Shown here: positions 40,257-46,197 of the stretch, piece after piece
How positions within the stretch are numbered: position 1 is the first letter of the stretch
Layout of the letters: each line of letters starts with the position of its first letter
Source of the DNA: a virus
Length of the DNA stretch: 64,000 bases
UHGV virus genome: UHGV-0312702
Reading direction: 5' to 3' (one strand)
Notes under the pieces: model-generated
Databases searched by the model: none
Told to the model about the DNA's origin: nothing
Seen by the model: only the letters and a program-made list of their open reading frames with translations
Program-made: the position numbers and the translations under genes

Positions 40257-40405
40257 AATGTACGTCAGAGACATACTGTATAAGGCTTCTTATAAAGTAT
40301 AACTCTGTAAAAAAGCCCTGTCTAAAAATACTCTTCGGTAGCGAAAGGAAGAATACTTATAGCAGGGCATTATTATTATTTTAATTGAGAGAGAGTAAAA
40401 TAACT

Positions 40406-40481
40406 TGGAGAATCCGAAGGGACTCGAACCCTTATAAACCTGTTTTGCAGACAGGCACATAGCCATTTCTGTCACGGATTC
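40406..40481 (-). tRNA. tRNA-Cys (anticodon GCA)
   Basis: manual fold: acceptor GAATCCG/CGGATTC, T-loop GGTTCGAGTCC, loop CTGCAAA, CCA encoded. Confidence 0.65.
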
Positions 40482-40485
40482 AAAT

Positions 40486-40578
40486 TGGAGGAAGATACCA
40501 GACTTGAACTGGTACACCGATTTCTCAGCTACTGGCAGTTTAGCAAACTGCTCCCTTACCTTTTAGGGTTAATCTTCC
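40486..40578 (-). tRNA. tRNA-Ser (anticodon GCU), long variable arm
   Basis: 93 nt; acceptor GGAAGAT/ATCTTCC; anticodon loop TTGCTAA. Confidence 0.65.
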
Positions 40579-40579
40579 A

Positions 40580-41314
40580 TTATTTCTGTAATGCGCTCTT
40601 CATTTCTGGTGTTGCAATAGTGTCAATCACACCAGTTTTACAAGCATCATCAAACCAGTCTGGTAAGATACCTGCTAAGAACCCATTGATATTCGTTTTA
40701 AGGTACTCTGCAATAAGGGCAGCTTCTTCTTCAATCATCTGCACAACTTCATCTGCATAAGCTGTAATCTTTGAGATACCTTCATTAATCTTACTAACAG
40801 CCTGATTAGCTAAATCAGAAACAGTATCAAGACCCTTATCAATAGCATCTTGTAAGTCACTTAATACATCATTAACGCTGTCTAGTGTATCATTAATAGC
40901 ATCAATAGCTTTTTGACCATACTCTGTAGCAACACCCATAATACCGCTGAATGGTGTACAACCAACTTGTTCTCCCGCTGCACCCATAACATTGGAATAT
41001 CCCTTTGCTACCTGCATACGTGATGAAAACTCGTCAATAGACTTTTGACCGTAGTCTGTTAGGGTCTTAGTAGTTGCTGTAGTGCTTGTCAGACTCGTTG
41101 TAAAGCTGTTTAGAAGGACTGTTGTAAGTCCAGCAGCAACAAGTTTTTCCTTCATTGCAGGGTCTGTTACAGAGCTAATAGAGCTTACAAGTGATGTAGA
41201 GGCAGCTACGGTTCCACCTAGAACTGCTGCACCAGTAATAAGGGGGTTAGAAAACCCTTTACCAGTTTTTAAGAGATTAAAAATCTCCTTACCTTGTCCT
41301 GTCATCTCTTTCAT
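40580..41314 (-). CDS. hypothetical protein inside tRNA cluster
   Basis: start set at ATG 41314 with RBS AAAGGTG; track start 41377 runs through tRNA-Phe. Confidence 0.45.
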   Translation of the reverse strand: MKEMTGQGKEIFNLLKTGKGFSNPLITGAAVLGGTVAASTSLVSSISSVTDPAMKEKLVAAGLTTVLLNSFTTSLTSTTATTKTLTDYGQKSIDEFSSRMQVAKGYSNVMGAAGEQVGCTPFSGIMGVATEYGQKAIDAINDTLDSVNDVLSDLQDAIDKGLDTVSDLANQAVSKINEGISKITAYADEVVQMIEEEAALIAEYLKTNINGFLAGILPDWFDDACKTGVIDTIATPEMKSALQK

Positions 41315-41330
41315 TAAGCACCTTTGAAAT

Positions 41331-41407
41331 TGGTAGTCCAGTGGGATTTGAACCCTCTTCTCATGTTTTTCAGACACGCGCTTTAACCATATAAGCTACT
41401 TGGACTA
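41331..41407 (-). tRNA. tRNA-Phe (anticodon GAA)
   Basis: acceptor TAGTCCA/TGGACTA; loop CTGAAAA; T-loop GGTTCAAATCC. Confidence 0.65.
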
Positions 41408-41412
41408 TAAAT

Positions 41413-41489
41413 TGGGGTGACCTACGGGATTTGAACCCGTATAGACCATGTTCACAGCATGGGTCATTACCATTTATGATAAGGCCACA
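41413..41489 (-). tRNA. tRNA-His (anticodon GUG)
   Basis: loop CTGTGAA, discriminator C. Confidence 0.6.
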
Positions 41490-41519
41490 TTTAAGGACTC
41501 TCGTAAGAACCCTTAGAAG

Positions 41520-41595
41520 TGGCAGCGGCATAAGGATTTGAACCTTAATAGGACAGCTTCAGAGACTGTTGCATTGCCAGTTATGCTATACCGCT
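41520..41595 (-). tRNA. tRNA-Gln (anticodon CUG)
   Basis: loop CTCTGAA, discriminator G. Confidence 0.6.
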
Positions 41596-41600
41596 AAATT

Positions 41601-41679
41601 TGGTACTCCATATCGGATTCGAACCGATACATAACACAGATTTTAAGTCTGGCCTCTCTGCCAATTGGAGTAATGGAGC
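41601..41679 (-). tRNA. tRNA with anticodon UAA (Leu codon UUA) but short variable loop
   Basis: loop CTTAAAA; T-arm ATCGG-TTCGAAT-CCGAT; discriminator A; no long variable arm. Confidence 0.45.
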
Positions 41680-41681
41680 AT

Positions 41682-41756
41682 TGGCGGGGGATGTTGGAAT
41701 TGAACCAACTTCTTCGATTTCAAAGACCGAGGTTTTAACCTTGTAAACTAATCCCC
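41682..41756 (-). tRNA. tRNA-Gln (anticodon UUG)
   Basis: loop CTTTGAA, discriminator G. Confidence 0.6.
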
Positions 41757-41765
41757 TTTAAATCT

Positions 41766-42323
41766 TTACTTTCTTAGTGGATGAATAAAGAATGCCAACA
41801 TAACTCTTTCCCTTGAGAATGCTCTTTCTTCTGGGACAACACTTTTAAGTTTCCACCCAACATAAATTCTCCAGTAAAATTGTTTACCAAAGACTTTAAT
41901 TGATGGGATAAAAGCAAATAATCCCCAAGCATTGCTGTTCCACATTAGGAGATAACCTGTCTGATTATCTTCAGGGTTAGAACTTACGTTGATATTACCT
42001 TTCCACTTAGTAACATCTTTTACATCTCTTCCTAACACATGGTAAGAGAAGTTATAAGCTTTGTTTCTCCAGAGCCATCCAACTCTCTGCATATAAACAC
42101 CGAGCTTACCAATCTTTCTAATCTTAGCCCATCGTTTGATATGACCTGCATCACCATCAATTGGGTTGTCATAAGTCTCCATCCATCTGAAACCAAAAGG
42201 CAGATGACCTTTCTTCTCACTGTAGAATGGGACTACGAAAGGTGCTAAGATAACTGCCAAGATTGCTGCAAATGGCTCTAACAAAGCTAAGAAAATCCAT
42301 GAAGCATACTTCAAATATCTCAT
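41766..42323 (-). CDS. membrane protein
   Basis: hydrophobic N-terminus WIFLALLEPFAAILAVILAPFVVPF. Confidence 0.5.
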   Translation of the reverse strand: MRYLKYASWIFLALLEPFAAILAVILAPFVVPFYSEKKGHLPFGFRWMETYDNPIDGDAGHIKRWAKIRKIGKLGVYMQRVGWLWRNKAYNFSYHVLGRDVKDVTKWKGNINVSSNPEDNQTGYLLMWNSNAWGLFAFIPSIKVFGKQFYWRIYVGWKLKSVVPEERAFSRERVMLAFFIHPLRK

Positions 42324-42562
42324 TGTCTAATCCTAGTAAGGAGGTAAACATTATTATTTGTTTCTGAGTTTTCTGGTAAAGCTGTCTCAAAATTGACGCT
42401 TTTAAATTGTCTCCCACCAAAGTAATGACCAATAAATTTTTGTACTTTTATTGGGTCACATTCCCAGCCAACTTTCAAGAAAATGTGGGTATCTATAGTG
42501 GGAACCCTTACAAACTCAATACTATTGGAATTTTCATGTTCAACGACGATTAATGTTTGCAT
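42320..42562 (-). CDS. hypothetical protein
   Basis: 80 aa coupled ORF. Confidence 0.35.
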   Translation of the reverse strand: MQTLIVVEHENSNSIEFVRVPTIDTHIFLKVGWECDPIKVQKFIGHYFGGRQFKSVNFETALPENSETNNNVYLLTRIRQ

Positions 42563-42580
42563 AAATCTCTCTTATTTATC

Positions 42581-42656
42581 TGGCGCAGGATAAGGGACTT
42601 GAACCCCTATTAACAGCTTCGTAGACTGTTGCTCTATCCATTTGAACTAATCCTGC
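42581..42656 (-). tRNA. tRNA-Arg (anticodon ACG)
   Basis: acceptor GCAGGAT/ATCCTGC; loop CTACGAA. Confidence 0.65.
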
Positions 42657-42661
42657 AAAAT

Positions 42662-42739
42662 TGGTGTTCCAAGACGGATTCGAACCGTCACTAGTACAAG
42701 GTTTGAGCTTGCATCCTCTGCCAATTGGGATACTGGAAC
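42662..42739 (-). tRNA. tRNA with anticodon CAA (Leu codon UUG) but short variable loop
   Basis: loop CTCAAAC; T-arm GACGG-TTCGAAT-CCGTC; discriminator A. Confidence 0.45.
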
Positions 42740-42740
42740 A

Positions 42741-42815
42741 TGGTACTCACTAAAGGACTTGAACCTTTTTCTTCATCTTGTAAGGGTGATGTTTTACCAT
42801 ATAAACTAAGCGAGT
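42741..42815 (-). tRNA. tRNA-Val (anticodon UAC)
   Basis: loop CTTACAA. Confidence 0.55.
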
Positions 42816-42911
42816 GTGAAAGAGGTCTGAAGTTGTGCCACTAACTCAACTCCGTGGAATTTGTTACGGTCTTCAGTTGACTCAAAGTGGTCTTTCACTT
42901 GACCTCTGAAT

Positions 42912-42987
42912 TGGTGCTCCCACAAGGATTCGAACCCTGATAAGTTGCTTACAAGGCAACCGTAATAGCCAATTATACGATAGGAGC
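42912..42987 (-). tRNA. tRNA-Thr (anticodon UGU)
   Basis: stem GTTGC/GCAAC, loop CTTGTAA. Confidence 0.65.
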
Positions 42988-42994
42988 ATTAATT

Positions 42995-43069
42995 TGGAGC
43001 ATCCAGAGGGAATCGAACCCTCAACCTCAGTTTGGAAGACTGTAATTTTCCCGTTTAAACTATGGATGC
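42995..43069 (-). tRNA. tRNA-Gly (anticodon UCC)
   Basis: acceptor GCATCCA/TGGATGC; loop CTTCCAA; discriminator U. Confidence 0.6.
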
Positions 43070-43075
43070 ACTAAT

Positions 43076-43151
43076 TGGTGGAGAAGCAGGGAATTGAACC
43101 CTGTACTTAAGTTTGCAAAACTTATGTTTTAACCATGTAAACTACATCCCC
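43076..43151 (-). tRNA. tRNA-Ala (anticodon UGC)
   Basis: G3:U70 wobble in acceptor stem; loop TTTGCAA. Confidence 0.6.
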
Positions 43152-43157
43152 AATGTT

Positions 43158-43233
43158 TGGTACAGGTGGAGGGAATTGAACCCATCGTCTTACTGATTAA
43201 GAGTCAGCCGCATAACCATTTTGCTACACCTGC
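43158..43233 (-). tRNA. tRNA-Lys (anticodon CUU)
   Basis: loop CTCTTAA. Confidence 0.55.
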
Positions 43234-43240
43234 ATTAATT

Positions 43241-43316
43241 TGGTACACCTAGAGAGATTCGAACTCACACTGAGCAGATTCTAAGTCTGCTGCCTCTACC
43301 AGTTGGGCTATAGGTG
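43241..43316 (-). tRNA. tRNA with anticodon UAG (Leu codon CUA) but short variable loop
   Basis: 6-bp anticodon stem AGCAGA/TCTGCT; loop CTTAGAA; discriminator A. Confidence 0.45.
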
Positions 43317-43563
43317 CATTAAATCTTTTTAGAGAACTTCTAAGAACCTAAGCAACAAGGTTCCACAACAAGCTGTAATAACCTTAGAAGCCCTCTAAAA
43401 AGACCTAAAAAGGTCTTTGCATAGTCTTGTTTAATCCGGTGACTAGAACCTTTGGAGAGCTTGATATTATCTCTTCTCCGTGACACCTACTAGGTGCTTT
43501 ACTGTGCGTGTACGACAATACACGAGGGATACCAAAGCAACATCCGAATGAAGCTTGGCTTTA

Positions 43564-43653
43564 AATCTTATTAGGCGGTAAGTAAAGGAGTCGAACCCTC
43601 ACCGTATCTCTACAGTGGCAACTGTTTTCAAGACAGTTTGGCTACCATTAGCC
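43564..43653 (-). tRNA. tRNA-Ser (anticodon UGA), long variable arm
   Basis: acceptor GGTAGGT/ACTTACC; loop CTTGAAA; discriminator G; CC but no terminal A encoded. Confidence 0.55.
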
Positions 43654-43676
43654 GCTACCTACCCCTAATAAGACTT

Positions 43677-43759
43677 TGGCATGGGACGGAGGAGTTGAAC
43701 CCCTTTGAAACGGTTTTGGAGGCCGTTGCTCATGCCTTAGAGTCTTAACATCGTCCCAC
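43677..43759 (-). tRNA. atypical tRNA-like gene, candidate tRNA-Trp (anticodon CCA)
   Basis: acceptor GTGGGAC/GTCCCAT; loop CTCCAAA; about 7 extra nt in D-arm region. Confidence 0.4.
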
Positions 43760-43901
43760 ACTATAATTCGAAACTTACCGTATTATCTCAACACTGTAAA
43801 GCCCCTTCTCAGATTATTTACATGTTCTGGAAAACATGAGATACAGACCACCTCCCTACAGGAAGACCCGCTTAGGTCGTCTAAGTAATCTGCTAACTAA
43901 T

Positions 43902-43978
43902 TGGCACACCCTACAGGATTCGAACCTGTAACTAACGATTTAGAAGACCGTTGCTCTATCCAATTGAACTAAGGGTGC
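43902..43978 (-). tRNA. tRNA-Arg (anticodon UCU)
   Basis: acceptor GCACCCT/AGGGTGT; loop CTTCTAA. Confidence 0.65.
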
Positions 43979-44271
43979 ATTAATCTTTAAAGACTCTCTT
44001 AGAAAGCCCTTAAAGATGCCCACCTTATTAATCATACCGTGGGCTAGTACGCCAAATTCTTTGATGAGGGATTGGAAGACCTCACTGGTGTTTAGCCTAT
44101 CAAGCTACTGCCAGAAAAACATTGTCGTTTGCATTTATTTTAAATTTGCAAAATAGACGCTACGCAACGAAAACTATTCAGAATATGTACAACAAATTTC
44201 CCCACATTGTGTTACGTCTAACGCTCATGTATTGGTGTTTGAATTATACATATTATGAATTATTTTTAGTT

Positions 44272-44300
44272 ACTATAAAGTAGTCACATCTCAATGTCAA
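44272..44300 (-). promoter_or_regulatory. strong sigma70-like promoter inside tRNA cluster
   Basis: minus strand TTGACA (44295-44300), 17-nt spacer, TATAGT (44272-44277). Confidence 0.55.
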
Positions 44301-44315
44301 CAACTTTATTGAAAT

Positions 44316-44390
44316 TGGTTGTAGGTGAGGGTATCGAACCCTCTTCTAACGGTTATCAGCCGTTTGCATTACCATTTATGCTAACCCACA
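44316..44390 (-). tRNA. tRNA-Ile (anticodon GAU)
   Basis: loop CTGATAA. Confidence 0.6.
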
Positions 44391-44392
44391 AT

Positions 44393-44469
44393 TGGAGGTT
44401 CAGGTGGGAATCGAACCCACATTCATAGGGCTTATGAAACCCCTGCATTACCTTATCTGCGACTGAACC
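44393..44469 (-). tRNA. tRNA-Met (anticodon CAU)
   Basis: loop TTCATAA; G-C-rich anticodon stem. Confidence 0.55.
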
Positions 44470-44473
44470 ATAT

Positions 44474-44549
44474 TGGTAGAAGTGGAGGGATTCGAACCCA
44501 TCGCCTGTCAGATTAAAAGTCTGCCGCATCACCATTCTGCTACACTTCC
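44474..44549 (-). tRNA. tRNA-Lys (anticodon UUU)
   Basis: loop CTTTTAA. Confidence 0.55.
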
Positions 44550-44698
44550 ATTAAATTATCTTTGTAGATAAGCTACCCAGACTTGCTTAAGGTCTGTAGC
44601 GATGTGCCTTGTTGGGTTTAAATCTAGAATTTACCCTTTCACCCTTTGTGGTCGCATACTCACAGGTAAGCTTAATAGCTCACCTACAAAGATAATTA

Positions 44699-44830
44699 CC
44701 AGACCGTTGTTTATCATCTTAAGTGCTACCATTACACCAACTCGACATCTGCCGAGTGAAGGAATCGAACCTTCGCCTTTTCTTTACCGGAGAAATAGAT
44801 TGTTTAAGTTTTGCTGTAAACGGTCTTCTG
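44699..44830 (-). ncRNA. candidate Y-RNA-like ncRNA E1 with tRNA-like module
   Basis: 5' box CAGAAGACC; terminal helix AGACCGTT/AACGGTCT; internal T-arm GAAGG-TTCGATT-CCTTC, acceptor-like hairpin ACTCGGC-AGAT-GTCGAGT, D-arm-like TGGTGTAATGGTAGCAC. Confidence 0.4.
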
Positions 44831-44843
44831 TAAATTTGTTGAG

Positions 44844-44917
44844 CCAGACCAAGTTTTAAATTTTCAAAATTAAATTGGCTTGAAATTTCATACATTCTTG
44901 CTGAATTTGGTCTTCTG
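44844..44917 (-). ncRNA. candidate Y-RNA-like ncRNA E2
   Basis: same 5' box; terminal helix AGACCAA/TTGGTCT (covaries with E1/E3). Confidence 0.35.
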
Positions 44918-45004
44918 CTCCTTTAAAGAATACTCGCAAGAACTCTTTAAGGGAGGGGCTAAATAGCCCTCTCAAAACATCATTTTGAAATACTTATTAT
45001 AATT

Positions 45005-45082
45005 TGGCGGTTACGAAGGGATTTGAACCCTCATCATCTCCCGTGACAGGGGAGTATTTTAACCAGATTAAACTACATAACC
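45005..45082 (-). tRNA. tRNA-Asp (anticodon GUC)
   Basis: stem CTCCC/GGGAG, loop CTGTCAC, discriminator G. Confidence 0.65.
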
Positions 45083-45087
45083 TTTAT

Positions 45088-45175
45088 TGGTGTGCCGTGT
45101 AGGAGTCGAACCTACCGAGTCTCAATGACAAGGGATTTACAGTCCCCACCGCTACCATCTACGGGATAACGACAC
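45088..45175 (-). tRNA. tRNA-Tyr (anticodon GUA), long variable arm
   Basis: 88 nt; loop CTGTAAA. Confidence 0.6.
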
Positions 45176-45184
45176 ATTTTAATT

Positions 45185-45261
45185 TGGCGGTTAGTCAGGG
45201 ATTCGAACCCTGTGCCATTCGCTTAACAGGCGACCGCACATACCTTATGTGCTTCCTAACC
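45185..45261 (-). tRNA. tRNA-Asn (anticodon GUU)
   Basis: loop CTGTTAA. Confidence 0.6.
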
Positions 45262-45272
45262 TTAATACATTG

Positions 45273-45331
45273 CCAGACCGTGTTTTTCTTTTATCCGCAA
45301 AAAGTAGTTTGTTGCTGAATACGGTCTTCTG
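45273..45331 (-). ncRNA. candidate Y-RNA-like ncRNA E3
   Basis: 5' box; terminal helix AGACCGT/ACGGTCT; begins about 6 nt after a tRNA 3' end. Confidence 0.35.
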
Positions 45332-45337
45332 CAAAAT

Positions 45338-45413
45338 TGGAGGCGGGTGCAGGAGTCGAACCTGCCGATACCATGCTAATGAGACATGTGAGACGCCCTT
45401 TCTCTATACCCGC
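45338..45413 (-). tRNA. tRNA-Met (anticodon CAU), second copy
   Basis: loop CTCATTA; possible 1:72 mismatch. Confidence 0.55.
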
Positions 45414-45425
45414 AATTCTTAATGA

Positions 45426-45498
45426 CCAGACCAAATCTCTTCTTTGTCCGATTGAATGTCAGATGAATAAGATTAAATTTGCTGTAATTGGTCTTCTG
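45426..45498 (-). ncRNA. candidate Y-RNA-like ncRNA E4
   Basis: 5' box; terminal helix AGACCAA/TTGGTCT. Confidence 0.35.
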
Positions 45499-45505
45499 TC
45501 AAAAC

Positions 45506-45580
45506 TGGTGTCGTAGACAGGATTCGAACCTGCGAGCAACTGATTGAAGGTCAGGTGGCTAACCATTTGCCTTCTACGAC
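45506..45580 (-). tRNA. tRNA-Glu (anticodon UUC)
   Basis: acceptor GTCGTAG/CTACGAC; loop CCTTCAA. Confidence 0.6.
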
Positions 45581-45581
45581 A

Positions 45582-45938
45582 TTAAACCATTGTAATTCCA
45601 CTATGAACCTCTCTGTGGCAATTAGCGCATAGCAAAACACATTTATCAAGTTCTTTTTTAACCTTTTCCCAAGATGCACCCATAAGTTTTGATGGTGTAT
45701 TCTCTTTTTCGTTTGGGTTAAGGTGATGCCATTCTAAAGCATTTTTACATTTATTATAGCCACAAATTATGCAACTATCGCCATAAAGCTTATATGCTTT
45801 CTCCCTATTGGCATCCTCTCTAAGTTTTGTCCTTAATGCACAACATTTTAGACAATTTACTCTATTACCGGCGTTACCATTCTTATGAATGCTATGTTCA
45901 GTTAAACCATGAACTGGACATTCTTTTAAAAATCTCAT
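45582..45938 (-). CDS. HNH endonuclease
   Basis: EWHHLNP and CANCHREVH motifs plus Cys pairs; start at ATG 45938 with RBS AAGGGG; track start 46016 runs through tRNA-Pro. Confidence 0.7.
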   Translation of the reverse strand: MRFLKECPVHGLTEHSIHKNGNAGNRVNCLKCCALRTKLREDANREKAYKLYGDSCIICGYNKCKNALEWHHLNPNEKENTPSKLMGASWEKVKKELDKCVLLCANCHREVHSGITMV

Positions 45939-45955
45939 AGTAACCCCTTTAAATT

Positions 45956-46032
45956 TGGTCTCTGTTGGAGGACTTGAACCTCCGGCCTTACCGCCCCAAA
46001 CGGAACGCTCTACCAAGCTGAGCTAAACAGAG
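45956..46032 (-). tRNA. tRNA-Pro (anticodon UGG)
   Basis: acceptor CTCTGTT/AACAGAG; loop TTTGGGG. Confidence 0.6.
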
Positions 46033-46140
46033 ATAAACTTTTCAAACTCTATGTAACCACTTTAACATTATTTTTTAGTGGTTGTCAAGAACTTTTTTAA
46101 AATATTTTTCAGTATCTTAGAAAAGCTCTCATTTCGTTTC

Positions 46141-46169
46141 TATGTAGAACATATTAAAGGGTATCAAAC
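46141..46169 (-). promoter_or_regulatory. sigma70-like promoter at head of tRNA cluster
   Basis: minus strand TTGACA (46164-46169), 17-nt spacer, TAATAT (46141-46146); embedded in AAAGGGTA/TACCCTTT hairpin. Confidence 0.5.
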
Positions 46170-46197
46170 ACATTGTCAATACCCTTTTTAAAACTTT

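Noticed and set aside
40485-40760. 91 aa ORF (+) overlapping tRNA-Ser and the 40580-41314 gene
   Set aside because: Antisense to a tRNA and to a better-supported CDS.
41315-41377. Extended N-terminus of the 40580-41377 track ORF
   Set aside because: The extension is the reverse complement of tRNA-Phe and starts with GTG; the internal ATG at 41314 has an RBS.
44602-44859. 85 aa ORF (+) across the E1/E2 elements
   Set aside because: Antisense to conserved structured RNA elements, no RBS, low-complexity translation.
45939-46016. Extended N-terminus of the HNH track ORF
   Set aside because: The extension runs through tRNA-Pro; the internal ATG at 45938 has an AAGGGG RBS.
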